Below, piece after piece: positions 23,885-36,411 of a stretch of 55,766 nucleotides of DNA. The stretch is taken from NCBI RefSeq assembly GCF_004010195.1, contig NC_057749.1, positions 8,845,969-8,901,734 on the forward strand, written 5' to 3'. Below the pieces are notes generated by a model. That model had not been told where the DNA came from and made no database searches. It was given only the letters and a program-made list of their open reading frames with translations. Each line of letters begins with the position of its first letter. Position 1 is the stretch's first letter. The translations under genes and the position numbers were made by a program. The stretch is from Chiloscyllium plagiosum (Eukaryota).

Positions 23885-25505
23885 TACCACCAGGCCATTG
23901 CCTCCTCCCATCAGGTGTGTGCTGCAGTCATTTAGGGTGGGGGAGGAGGAGGAGGGGGGAAGGGGTGAAAGGTAAGAAAAGTCCTAAGTGGAAGAAGGAA
24001 GCTATAGCTAACTCGATAAAATTTGCAAAGCAAGAGCCCTCAACAATAGTGGTAGTTATTGACTTGTCTGAAAGCCTACCTGTGAGGCATTACTGTGAGT
24101 GCTCATGCATCTGAAAGTTCCAGACTTTATCAGTGGAATCACGTCAGCCTTTGATCCGTGTGGGAGATGGGGACCTTGATGCTTTGTCTTGCCTGCTGCT
24201 TTTTTATTGATGACTCGAGAATACTCCTTTGTGGAGAGAGTGCCTTTGTTCTGTTTTTATTAATGCCAGGCCTGGTGTTGCTAGGATTAAGAAGAGGGCC
24301 TGATTATGTCTATTCTTTCTGTGGCAGTTTAATGCCTGAGGGAATTAAGGTGAGGAAGAACATCACCTTTCTGACATTCCTTTTTAAATTGACCCAGCAG
24401 TAGCGATTAAACCTTTTTAAGACCTCAGGGCTCCAAACCTGCAGAACTAGAATGCAGGGAACACACTGTTGATTTAGGCTGTTGGCCTAGATTATTCAAA
24501 AGCTGGTGTTGGTAGCTCAAGGATTGGCCACAAGATGTATCCCAGAAAATGAAAGAGAGTTTTTCTCCCTTTCCTGAATGAATACCTATACTTGAATGGA
24601 TTAATAAGTCAATAATCTCCACTCATTCATTCCAACAGTAGACATTATCTCAGAAGGTTGCCAATGCCATTGTAAAACGTAAATTTGCAGTTTCCACTTG
24701 CAGTTGTCCCTTAATTATTAGGCCTCTGCACGTAACCTCATAATTTTCCAAGCCATACTTAGACAAATGAAACAGTTGTGGCCCCGGGCTGTCTTATAAA
24801 AGGCAGGTTATTCCACTTTGAGTTGAGAGTTGTTGAACAGCTGTGGATTCTTAAAGGGGCCACACCCCTCCCAGTTGTCAGTTCTTTTAAATATAATTGT
24901 CATTCTTGTGATAAATCATTAAAATCTGTTTCTCGCATCGACGATCTATTTGAAATCTAATTCCTGTGTTGATCCCTGATGGCATATGACTGCAGGGCGA
25001 TCTGATGTCTTGCAATACCAGGCAGCAATATTTTTATTTTGTTATGATTGTTCCTTGCCCCTGATCCTGTCAGAACTATAAATAGCAATAATCCCCCGAA
25101 GACCTGGATAAAGAACTCAGTGAAAAAAGACTATAACTTAAGTACTTTAAAGATACTTTTTATTCTCATTCTGGACTTTTAAACTCTGTATCCCACGCTC
25201 GTCTTTTTTTTTTCACTATCTCAATTCTGTAACAACACTTAAAGTATCTGTACTGAGGTATCCTGTACCTAAGATGGCACTCATTCGAATGCACATGATA
25301 ATAAAGAAGATCCTATTTTAAGAAAGATTCGCGATCATATCGCTGCCTTTCAATACCTGAGGATGTTCAAAAATGCCGCAGCATTGGTGGAGAGGATTCA
25401 ATTGTAATCACACAATTATTATCGCACAGAAGAGGCCATTCAGCCCATAGTGCCTGTATTGGTTGCAATCTCCTGCCTGTCCCCCTTATCCCTGCACACC
25501 ATCTA

Positions 25506-26196
25506 TAGAGACATAGAGTCAGAGTCATAGAGATGTACAGCACGGCCACAGATCCTTCAGTCCAACTTGTCCATACCGACCAGATATTCTAACCTAATCT
25601 AGTCCCATTTGCCAGCATTTGGCCCATATCCCTCTAAACTCTTCCTAATCATATACCCATCCAGGTGCCTTTTAAATGTTGTAATTGTACCAGCCTCCAC
25701 CACTTACTCTGGCAGCTCATTCCATACACACACCACCCTCTGTGAAAAAGTTGGCCCTTTTAAATCTTTCCCCTCTCACCCTAAACCAATGCTCTCTAGT
25801 TCTGGACTCCCCCACCCCAGGGAAAAGACCTTGTCTATTTACCCCATCCATGCCCCTCATGATTTCAGTCTCTCCCTTTAGCTCATACCCTCCAACTCTG
25901 GCAACATCCTTGTAAATCTTTTCTGAATCCTTTCAAGTTTCACAACATCCTTTTGATAGAAGGGAGACCAGAATTGCACGCAGTATTCCAAAAGTGGCCT
26001 AACCAATGTTCTGTACAGCCGCAACATGACCTCCCAACTCCTGTACTCAATACTCCGACCAATAAAGAAAATTATACCAAATGCCTTCTTCACTATCCTA
26101 TCTTCCTGAGACTCCACTTTCAAGGAGCTGTGAACCTGCACTCCAAGGTCTCTTTGTTCAGCAACACTCCCCAGAACCTTATCATTAAGCGTATAG
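25506..26196 (-). mobile_element. HER1/CR1 LINE 3' fragment
   Basis: Minus ORF 25878-26225 QRDLGVQVHSSLK...YRTLVRPLLEYCVQFWSP. Confidence 0.9.
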
Positions 26197-26216
26197 ATTT
26201 CTATCCAAATAATTTG

Positions 26217-26537
26217 GAGTGGCACGGTGGCTCAGTGGTTAGCACAACTGCCTCACAGCACCAGGAACCCGGGTTCAATTCCTGCCTTGGGCAACTGTCT
26301 GTGTGGAGTTTGCACATTCTCCCCGTGTTTGCGTGGGTTTCCTCTGGGTGCTCCGGTTTCCTCCCACAGTCCAAAGATATGCAGGTTAGGTGAGTTGGCC
26401 ATGCTAAATTGCCTGTAGTGTTAGGTGGATTAGTCAGAGGGAAATGTAGGGGAATGGGTATGGGTGGGTTGTTCTTCAGAGGGTCGGTGTTGGACTTGTT
26501 GGGCCAAAGGGCTTGTTTCCACACTGTAGGGAATCTA
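26217..26537 (+). mobile_element. HE1-like SINE
   Basis: Well-preserved full-length copy. Confidence 0.88.
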
Positions 26538-27559
26538 ATTAATAAATCAATAGGTGCCCTCTGGAATTGATATGGGAAGTGTGGCAGGCAATTTGAGCAC
26601 AGCAGGATCCCATAATTGGCCCATTATACTGGGAGGAGGAACAGGGAGTGTGGCGAGGTTTGTGTGAAAACCCCCACCATTTTTTGAAAATGGTGCCACA
26701 GAATCTCCTTATTTCAGCCTCAGAGAGTAGGCAGGGCCTCAGTTTAACCTCTTATCCACGAGGAAACACCTCAACTGGGGTGGCCCTCAGTCATCGGCAA
26801 CAGAGCATCCTGTACCGCCAACAACAAACAAATAAAAGCAGAAGTTGCTGCAAAAGCTCAGCAGGTGCGGCAGCATCTGTGAAGAGAGATCAGGGTTAAC
26901 GTTTCGGGTCCTTATTTTGTGTCCATTATCCCAAATCCCCAGCACAGCACTCGAAACTGTAACCTTCGGGTGTTCTACCCGCTAGACTGTGGTTGCAATG
27001 TTGAAAGGGCCTAACTCTGAGTTAACTATTGCTGACAATGAAATGCAAACTGGAATTTAAAGACCCCTTAAAAACGACAGGCTCTACCGGCTAATAAGAC
27101 TCAGCAGCCATCTCCTATGGGATAGTGGACAGAAGCTAATTAATCTCATTGCCTTGAAGACAGTAAGAATTACGAAATGGAGAGACATCTTGAGCAGCAT
27201 TATTTCATAAGGCGTGATGAATGTCTGTTTGACAGGACGTCTATTGGGTTTGTTTCCCCAGTGAAGGACACCAGACAGATGCACACACACACACGTGTTT
27301 CTGTTCGGAAATGGCTTTCTGATTGATAATGGGAGGAACTGATTCATTTGTCTTCATTTCAAATTCAGGCCATAGCATGTCATCTTAATCGGATAAAGGG
27401 AAGCCATCAGTGTCTTTTATAAATGGAAGTCTGGAATGGCTGGAGTCGCTACTCAGTCACTTTGTAACCAGACAGGATTTTAATGGTGTCTCATAGTCAG
27501 GAGTTCAGTTCCTCGTGTCAATTATGCTGTGCTTTTGATGACTGCTGGGTCTATTTCCA

Positions 27560-28510
27560 ACTTTTGATTTGGTTTGATTTATTACTGTCACATGTACCTA
27601 GCTACAGTGAAAAGTTTAGTTTTGCGCGCAACGTCATGCAAAGTTCATAGGGTGATTGAACAGGGCGAGGAATACAATGCAAAGAAAATGCACAAAAAGC
27701 GAGATCAACATTAAATTTAAAATTTGAGAGGTCCATTCAGAAATCTAATATCAGCGGGTGAGAAGCTGCTGTTGAATCTGTTAGTCCATGTATTTAAGCT
27801 TTTGTGCCTTCTGCCGAACAGAAGAGGTTGGAAGAGACTATAACCGGGGTGGGAGGGGTCTTTGATGATGTTGGCTGCCTTCCCAAGGCAACAAGAAAAT
27901 GGAGTGTTGGATGGAAGATTGGAATCACAGAACAGAATCCCTATAGTGTGGAAGCAGGCCATTTGACTCATCAACTCTGAAGAGGATCCCCCCCTCCTAC
28001 TTTATACCAGTAACCCCACCTTTCCCATTGGTTAACCCACCCTGCCTACACGTCTCTGGACACTATGGAAAATTTAGCACAGCCAGTCCACCTAAGCTCC
28101 ACATTTTTTGACTTGCACAATGGTCTGGGCTGTGTTCACAACTCTCTGTTCAATTTGGTTCTGATATAACGTGATAATTCCGTTCTTGTGCCTTATAAGA
28201 AAATCGCCCAATGGCCGCACCATAATGGGGCCGGAATCGCATTATAGCCAATACCGGTAGGGAAAGTTCGCACTCTACAAATAATGGTCTAAATTCTTCA
28301 ATTGCATTAAAGCCAATTCCCGTTGAAGAAACATGCGTTATTAGCAGAACAGACTGTAGTTTCTTACGCTCCTGGGCAGAGCAGTTGCCGTCCCAATCCA
28401 ATGTGCATCCAGATGGAATGCTTTCTATGGTACATCTATAAAAGTTGGTGAGAGTCCTTACGGGCATGCCCAAATTTCCTTAGCCTCCTGAGGATGAAAA
28501 GGCATTGTTG
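27560..28510 (-). mobile_element. Rex1/Babar-type LINE 3' remnant, interrupted by a SINE fragment (~27925-28112) and a MITE (28151-28356)
   Basis: Minus strand TLTNFYRCTIES...GNCSAQERKKLQ and KAANIIKDPSHPGYSLFQPL, with a (gattt)n tail. Confidence 0.75.
28151..28356. mobile_element. Tigger-type MITE related to 20414-20632
   Basis: Ends ...ggttctgatataacg / cgttattagcagaacagactg-TA; the host LINE is contiguous across the insert. Confidence 0.7.
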
Positions 28511-28784
28511 TTGTGGCAGTTTGCAAATGTTAGCCACTAAGAATCAGTTGAGGGGAGTGCACCTACATATGACCTGTGTAGCCATCACTGGATTGGTCAA
28601 GTCCGGTTACAAAATATTTGAAGCCTTCTGCTGTCAAAATAATGGGCCTCATTTGTCGTCATGTTGGCCGTGAATAGCACCGTTGTCACTCAAGTTTGAA
28701 GGTTGTGGGGTCCAAGTCCATGCCAAATGAAGGTAAAATACCATGGATGCTGAAAATCTAGAACAAGAGGTCATCATCGTTTCA

Positions 28785-29450
28785 GGATAAGGGGAAGCGG
28801 AGATGGGGAGAAATTATTTCTCTGAAAGGGACATGAATCTGTGGAATTCACTCCCCCTGAGTTGGAGGCTGGGACACTGAGTAAATTTAAGGCGAAGCTA
28901 GACAGATTTTTAATAAGTAATGGGTTGATGCGTTCTGAGGAGTGGGCAGGAAAATGGAGTTGAGACCGAGATGAGATCAGCCATGATCATATTGGCCGGT
29001 GGAGCAGGCCTGAGAGGTTGGATTGCCTTCTCCTGGTCTGAACACGTGAGGAATGTTTGAGGACTCTGGGTCTATACTCAATGGAGTTTAGAAGGACATG
29101 GGGGGATCTAATTGAAATATACAGAATACTGAATGGCCTGGACACAGTAGATGTTGGGAAGATGTTTCCACTGGTAGGAGAGACTAGGATCCAAGGGAAG
29201 ATCTTTTAGAATGGAGATGAGGAGAAACATTTTCAGCCAGAGACTGGTGAATCTGTGGAATTCATTGCCACAGAAGGCTGTGGAGGCCAGGTCATTGAGT
29301 ATATTTAAGATGAGATCGATAGGTTCTTGATTGTCAAGGGTTACGGGGTGGAAGTGGGAGAATGAAGTTGAGAAACTTGTCAGCCATGATTGAATGGCAG
29401 AGCAGAGTTGAATGGCCTAATTTCTGCTCCTATGTCTTATGGTCTAATTC
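28785..29450 (+). mobile_element. Two tandem CR1-clade LINE 3' fragments
   Basis: Repeated gaatctgtggaattca...gaggc motifs and tails aatggcctaatttctgctcctatgtcttatgg. Confidence 0.7.
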
Positions 29451-29488
29451 TTAAGTCCTTATGCTGTAAAACTGAAGCAAACTCATAG

Positions 29489-29670
29489 AGTGCTGGAGAA
29501 ACTCAGCAGGTCTGGCAGCATCTGTGGAAAGAGAAACTGAGTTAACATTTCGAGTTCAGTGTAACTATTACTTTGTATTCCGAAGAAGAGTCATACTGGG
29601 CTCGAAACATTAACTCGGTTTCTCTCCCCATGGATCCTGCCAGACCTGATGAGTTTCTCCAGCACTCTCT
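29489..29670. mobile_element. Old palindromic Penelope-like insertion (distinct family) with a decayed hammerhead
   Basis: gagtgctggagaaactcagcaggtctggcag ... ctgccagacctgatgagtttctccagcactc; right arm ccgaagaagagtc-atactg-ggctcgaaac. Confidence 0.65.
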
Positions 29671-30014
29671 GGGCTGATCCTACTGCAGTGCCTGTACTCT
29701 AGGCTGCCCATGATCCACTGCAATCAGATGGATGTGAAAGTGGCACTTTTTGAGTAGGCCTCCATGACTCACTGTCCCAGACGGGGATTTATCCCTGAAG
29801 TAATGCCTAAAAGCACAAGGAGATTATCTGGTCAATGTCACATTGCTCTGCGTCATTTGATGGCTGTATAACTCCCAATTTACAACAGTAGCTACGCTTG
29901 AAAAGTACTCCCTTGGTGCAGAGTGCTTCAGGATGTCCAGAATGGTGCTGTCTAATGCTCGTTTTCTTTGGTTTGTGAGCACATTGTTGTCAATGACAGC
30001 ACTAAAGGGTGGTT

Positions 30015-30310
30015 GGGGTGGCACAGTGGCTCAGTGGTTAGCACTGCTGCCTTACAATGCCAGGGACCCAGGTTCGATTCCACCCTCAGGTGACTGTCTG
30101 TGGGGAGTTTTCCCTGTGTCTGTGTGCTCTGGTTTTCTCCCACAGTCTAAAGATGTGCAGGCTATGTGGATTGGCCATACTAAAGTACACATAGTGTTCG
30201 GGGATGTGCAGGCTAGGTGGATTGGCCATGGGAGATGTACAGTTGCAGGGAGAGGGTGAGACGCTCTTTAGAGGGCTGAATGGCCTGTTTCCACACTGTA
30301 GGGATTCTAT
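30015..30310 (+). mobile_element. HE1-like SINE
   Basis: Head gggtggcacagtggctcagtggttagcac; tail ccacactgtagggattctat. Confidence 0.85.
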
Positions 30311-31331
30311 TTTTTTTTAAATCTCCTTGAACAATCTCAATCCAAGTTGGGGATCATGTTTCTAACTATCATTCCATGGTACCCATCAAATGCATCGAAG
30401 AATTGATCAAAGATGGAGGAGGGGGTTGTTTTGTTTTGGCACCTACCCGGGTAGGTTAACCCGCATACGGATTGCCCGAGCTCTCAGTACGGATCGTCCA
30501 CACAGAGCTAGCTGCTGAAACTTACCCTGGCCATCCCTCAGAACACAGGGAGCAATCCCTCCTCTGTGCATTCCCACTCTCCCAGGCACCTTCTGCAGAA
30601 TAAAAGTCAGTCTTATACCACCACCCCCCCCCCACCCCCCCGTCAAACTGAGACAAATCTCAGACCCGTTCAAACAAACGAAGCTTTGTTTATTGTCGAG
30701 AGTGAGTTACAAGCTGAAAACCAAGTGATTTATCTTAAGTTGTTTAAAAAAAAAGTCAATTAAATGAAAACCATCGACAGAGTCTCATGTACATGGGAAA
30801 CCCGTAAGCACACAACAATAGATATCGATTGTGTACAGAGTCTGACCTCGGCAAAGTTTTGTAGCAAGAGTTTATTTTCTACTCCTTAGGTTTCCCACTT
30901 GTAGAGAAGCATGAAGCATGGCAGCACACATTCATCTAGCTTGTTTGTTAACCCCCATTACATCCCCCCTCCCCCAACTCCCCACAGTAGCACCTTGAAG
31001 GACACCCCACCCCATTAAAAATGGCTGACCGAGAAACTCCGCCCCCAAAGAAGGATTTGCAGACTGGTACTCGACCTGATCAGCCTGGTTGTGAAAACAT
31101 CTTCCTTGGCCATCAAGTCCTGGAGTAGTGCTCGAACTCAGGACTTCTGGTTCAAAAGCATTTGCACTACCTACCACGTGGTTTCAAGGCTTGGCCTGGT
31201 GTTGTCTGGAGGCTACATGCTGATATGGACTGGGGTGGAAAGACTGTAAATTGTGTACTTTTGATTTTTTTATTTTTCCTTTCATTCTTATGATAGACTT
31301 TTGATTTACTTTTTCTATTTTATACCAAATA

Positions 31332-31493
31332 CAGAGGAACCTTGATTATCCAGCATTTGATTATCCAAATATCGGATTTTCCAGCAAAATTGCACGGTCC
31401 CAATGCTTGGCTAACCAATATAATCTAGCATTCGATTATCTGGAATTCGATTAACCAAACAAAGTACTCCCTCCTTCGGATAATCGAGGTTCT
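31332..31493. mobile_element. Tigger-type MITE, right end eroded
   Basis: TA-CAGAGGAACCTTGATTATCC ... GGATAATCGAGGTTC inverted termini; internal gattatcc repeats. Confidence 0.65.
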
Positions 31494-31914
31494 ATACTTA
31501 AGAACCTGTACCGAGGTATCTTATACCTAAGATGACGCTGTAAATGGTGACATAAATTCATAGATTGTGAACCTTTTACTGCACTCATGTGACAGTAAAC
31601 CTAATTCATTCAGTCAATGTGGAACCTCCTGTATTTCCTACCTCTCTCCATTCAAGGGCCTTTAACAAACCCTCTTAAACCACACTAGCTCCCCTACAGC
31701 TCCATCATTCTGTCCCCTTGCAGTCTCAGTAAAATGCTCTGGTCCTGTATGAGACTCCTTCAGCCTTCTGAATGGCGGAAATTACTGCACATAATGAGGT
31801 CTCTATCACATCTGGGCCAGCGTTAGCTCCAAGTCACAATTCTCCACTCCCATCCCATGCGCTGTCGCAACTGATCAACACCCTTTCATTAGCACTTTCC
31901 AAACTCAGAAGGTT

Positions 31915-32430
31915 TTTATTCATAAGCAGGGAGTGGATGGCACTGGCTACATCAACATTTATTGCTCATCCCTAGTTGTCCTTGCTTCTGCCCTGAACCA
32001 CTTCAGTCCATTTGGTATGGGTACACTCACAGTGCTGCTGGGGAGGGAGTTCTTGGTGTTTAACCTAACGACACTATAGGAATGGCAGTATATTTCCAAG
32101 TCAGGATGTTGAGGGGCTCATAGGGGAACTTGCGGGTGATAACGTAACAATGCATCTGCTGCCCTTGACGTTCTAGATGGAAGCGCCAATGGGATTGGAA
32201 GCCGTTGTTGCAGGATCTTAAGTGAATTTCTGCAGTGTGTCTTGTAGATGATACACACTGCTGCTACTGAGCATCGGTAGTGGAGGGAGTGGATGCTTGT
32301 GGATGTGGTGCCAATCAAGTGCCGGCTGCTTTGTCTTGGACGGTGTCAAGCTTTTCAAATGTTACTGGACCTGACCCCATCCAGGCAAGTGGAGAGTATC
32401 CCATCACAATGCTGACCTGTGCCGCGTAGA
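31915..32430 (-). mobile_element. CR1/L2-group LINE 3' remnant
   Basis: Minus strand IHSLHYRCSVAAVCIIYKTHCRNS; related pieces at ~33190-33380, 37240-37550 and 48235-48300. Confidence 0.6.
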
Positions 32431-32454
32431 TGGAGGACAAGCAATGATTTGTCT

Positions 32455-33170
32455 TGATTTATTTGATTTGATTTATTACTGTCACATGTACCGAGGTACA
32501 GTGAAGAGTTTTGTTCTGTGTGCAGTACAGACAGATCATACCATACAAAGTACATTTGGGTAATAGAACAGAGAGAGGAATACAATGTTATGGCTGCAGA
32601 GAAGGTGGACAGAGAGCAAGACCAACATTTAAATGTAAAATTTGAGAGGTCTGTTCAGAAGTCTGATAACAGTGGGGAGGAAGCTATTCTTGAACCTGTT
32701 GGTGGGCAGAAGATATTGGAAGAGATTATAACCGGGGTGGGATGGGTCTTTGAAGATGTTGCATCCAAGGAGCAGGAGAATCGACGTTTCGGGCATGAGC
32801 CCTTCTTCATGCCCGAAACGTCGATTCTCCTGCTCCTTGGATGCTGCCTGACCTGCTGCGCTTTTCCAGCAACACATTTTCAGCTCTGATCTCCAACATC
32901 TGCAGTCCTCACTTTCTCCTCTTTGAAAATGTTGGCTGCCTTCCTGAGGCAGGGAGAAGTGTAGATGGATAGAAGGTTGGCTTGTATGATGGACTGGGCT
33001 GTGTTCACAACTCTGTTATGGTCCTGGGCAGAGCAGTTGCCATCCCAAGCTGTGATGTATCCAGATAGACTGCTTTCTATGGTGCATCTGTAAAAGTTGG
33101 TAATAATCTCCACAAATATGCTGAATTCCCTTAGCCTCCTGAGGAAGTAGAAACATTGATGAGTTAAGAG
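32455..33170 (-). mobile_element. Rex1/Babar-type LINE 3' remnant interrupted by a Penelope-like insert
   Basis: Minus strand YFLRRLREF...NFYRCTIESSLSGYITAWDGNCSAQD...NRFKNSFLPTVIRLLN. Confidence 0.8.
32762..32919. mobile_element. Young asymmetric palindromic Penelope-like insertion
   Basis: Short left arm inverted against a longer right arm; 15-bp TSD tctttgaa(g/a)atgttg at 32747-32761 and 32920-32934. Confidence 0.8.
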
Positions 33171-33530
33171 CTGAGTTACTTGCTGCAAAATTCCTTGCCT
33201 CAGACATGTTGTAGCAGCAGCATTCATTTGGTTAGTCCAGTGCAGTTTCTGATCAGTGGTAACCCCCCAGGATATTGACAGTGAGCAATTCAGCTGTCGG
33301 AATGCTGTTGAGTATCAAGGGTCGATGGTTAGATTTTCTCTTGTTGGTGATGACCATTGTGTGTGGTGTGAATGTTACTTGTGAAGGAGGGAAGCTGAAG
33401 GTGGTTGAGCCGGGATCATTCCCCCCCCGAGGAAATGTCCTGGAGCTGAAATGACTGACCTCCAATGACCAGAACCACCTTCTGCCAAACACTGCCGTCC
33501 ATATAAAGTATCCTCAGCCTCATTATAGGC

Positions 33531-33626
33531 AGAGGCTCCTCGTCCGGAGGCTTACTGAAGATGTTACCTAGTATGGTGACGAAACGTCTGAAAATGAACC
33601 TTCCAGCTCAGCGAGCAAACCTCCAT
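33531..33626 (+). mobile_element. 96-bp retroposed insert (probable PLE terminus) bounded by a perfect 13-bp TSD
   Basis: cctcattataggc at 33518-33530 and 33627-33639; contains an intact hammerhead core. Confidence 0.8.
33552..33591 (+). ncRNA. Minimal type-I hammerhead ribozyme motif
   Basis: TTA-CTGAAGA-T-GTTACC(tagtat)GGTGAC-GAAA-CGTC-TGA: conserved core, 6-bp stem II with one G-U pair, 3-bp stem I, predicted cleavage after C33588. Confidence 0.78.
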
Positions 33627-34507
33627 CCTCATTATAGGCCTTCAGCTACTTTCAGAGCAATTCCCAATGGATTTTCATCACAACCTATGTGGAGTTTGTG
33701 GATAAAGAAATAAGAGTAATTAGTGTGACTTTACCCTGTTGCATTAACCACAAAAGATATTTAACATCCGCATTTACCGCAAACTCAACTCAGATATCCT
33801 AAAACATTTCTAGCTCTTGCCTGTATCTTGCATCACAACCTCAGAATCCTCACTCCAAACAGTGTTCATCACCACATCAGGTGGTGATCCAGTGAAATAG
33901 ACCAGGAATCTACCCAATTTCTGTCACACTCAACTTGATAGCAGTGAAAGTTGTCAGTTCAGTACTCTGTGGGAAAGACAGCACTTTGTTCGTCGTTGAT
34001 ATTTTTCCTAATTGACCTTTCCAGAGATTTTATTATACACTTCTGGAGTAGGTGGGAGATGAACGGGCCCTACCTGGTTTAGAAGTAGGGACAATGGTTG
34101 TGTGTCACAAGAGCTCTCTCCTTGCTCATTCTCCAGTTGTGCCCTGATATTCATCTAACATTGAGATTTTATCACAGAATTGTCTCTCGTCGAAGGAGCT
34201 GGAGTGAGTCAATAATGACATACATTTATATAGAGTCATTAATAGGATGGTCTTAAAGTGATTCGCTGGGACATTGTCAGCAGGTATTAGGATGGTGAGC
34301 TAAAACCTATTCGATCAGGTGGGTTTTTAAGAAATATTTTAGAAAGAGAAGAGAGGGGTCAAAGGGTTGTGATTCTCACAAATACCAGGGTGCAGGGCCA
34401 CAGTTACTGAAAACATGGCCACCAACGGTGGCATGATTAAAATGGGGTGTGTGTGGAGAAACACTCCCAAGAACTCAGAATGGTGTGTCACTGGAGGAGA
34501 TAATGGG

Positions 34508-34903
34508 GTGTGTGTTTGTGTGTGCATATACATGTGTCTGTGTGTACGTGTGTGAGTACACGTGTCTGTGTGTACGCGTGTGCATATACATGTGTATGTG
34601 TGTACACATGTTTGTGTGTACGTGTGTGTATACATGTGTCTGTGTGTATGTGTGTGTACATGTGTCTGTGTGTACGCATGTGTACACATGTCTGTGTGTA
34701 CGTGTGTGTATACATGTGTCTGTGTACATGTGTCTGTGTGTACATGTGTGCGTATACATGTGTCTGTGTGTATGTGTGTACGTGTGTGTACGTATACACG
34801 TGTCTGTGTGTACATGTGTGTGCGCCTGTGTTTGTGTGTGTATACACGTGTGTTTGTGCCTGTGTATACATGTGTGTGCGTATACATGTGTCTGTGTGTA
34901 CAC
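34508..34903. repeat. Compound (TG/TA/CA/CG) alternating purine-pyrimidine repeat, ~400 bp
   Basis: Recurring tgtgtatacatgtgtctgtgtgtac units. Confidence 0.92.
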
Positions 34904-36123
34904 ATCAGGAAGAGATTTGAGAGGAAGGAGAAATGTAGAATGGAAGTATTACTGAACAGGGAGCGAAAGAGGATTACAGCACTGTACTACATTGAATCTT
35001 TTTACAATGAATGAAGCAGTTTTGCAGCACCAAAAAAAAATCTCAAAAGTACAAAGTCAAATGATTGTTCTATCCGTTCTCTCCCTATTTTGGAGAATCT
35101 AACTGGTGGCCCAGTTGGAATGATTGACAGTCATGTATCTTACTCAGAAACACTCAGTGCCATCTAATGCAGCAGCACAGTTCAGTCTGGATGGCTTGTG
35201 TTGTTCTTGTTGAACGTTTCTGTTCTAGCACTGTCCTGGGAATAGAAGCTGCTCATTTATCATTATGAGCCATGCGCTGTCATTGTTCCCACTGTGCAGT
35301 GCATTCCTTCCTATCCTAAAAGTCCCATTTTTGCTGCAGCCAACCCCATTACCAGCTAATGAAAAAAGCCTCATCGTAGTTACTGGTAATTAGCAGTCCT
35401 AATACGACATACTATTAATCAAAATTAGAGCCATTTCTGGAGTATTATGTCTACAGGATGGACGCTAACTCAATTAGTCGCAGACTTCCATAAAGCATGA
35501 CATAAGGGCAGGCAAAATTAATCTTTAGTTTCCTGCTAGGATTGGCTTTGAAGAAAGCAAGAATGGAGGAATATAACAGATTGTCAAGCAACTTGTGCTG
35601 TAAAGCCTTGCACTGTTGAACTCGAGTAGTGACCATTTTCTGTAATGAGCCCCGACGTTGCTGACCTGTTTTATTTCTCGAAGAAGTCAAATATTTCTGC
35701 ACTGGTATCTGGCTCCACATGTGCTGGCACCCGTGACCCGCGGGCCGTTTCTCTCAGGTTGGAGTCCGGTCTTATGGGGGTTACCGGGTCAGAAACTGAC
35801 CCTGTCATTGTCACCAGACGCCCAAACACAAGGGGCTTTATGAAGCAGTTGTAGATCTTCCCTGACAGTAGAGTCAACAACCTGCCCATTCGCACAGATG
35901 AAAGTTGCTGGAGAAACTCAGAAGGTTCCGACATTGTCTGTGGCGGGTGGAAACAGATTCCAGTGACCCTTCTTCAGAGCAGAAGTTGACCTATCATCCT
36001 GATGCTCATTAACATTCCATCCAGCCACACCGACACCTAAAACTCTTGTTCCTGTTTGCGTCCATGGCCTGCCCCTCCCTAACATGATAATCCCCTCCAA
36101 CCACACACACAGCTCTTCAAGAT

Positions 36124-36411
36124 ATTAGATTTCCCACAGTGTGGAAACAAGCCATTTGGCCCAACCAGTCCACACCGACCCTCTGAAGAGTAACCCTACC
36201 CAAATCCATTTCCCTATATTTACCCCTGACTCTATGGGCAATTTAGCATAGCCAATTTACCTGACCCACACATCTATGGACTGTGGGAGGAAACCCACAC
36301 AGACACAGGGAGAATGTGCAAACTCCACACAGACAGTCGCTCGAGGCTGGAATCGAATCTGGGTCCCGCATGCTGTGAGGCAGCGGTGCTAACCACTGAG
36401 GCACTGTGTCG
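36124..36411 (-). mobile_element. HE1-like SINE
   Basis: Full inverted copy. Confidence 0.85.

Noticed and set aside
26217..26290. tRNA-like sequences with A and B boxes (here and at other SINE heads)
   Set aside because: They continue into SINE bodies and LINE-derived tails, with no complete cloverleaf evident; not tRNA genes.
34339..35014. His/Thr- and Cys/Val-rich ORFs
   Set aside because: Translations of the TG/CA-type microsatellite.
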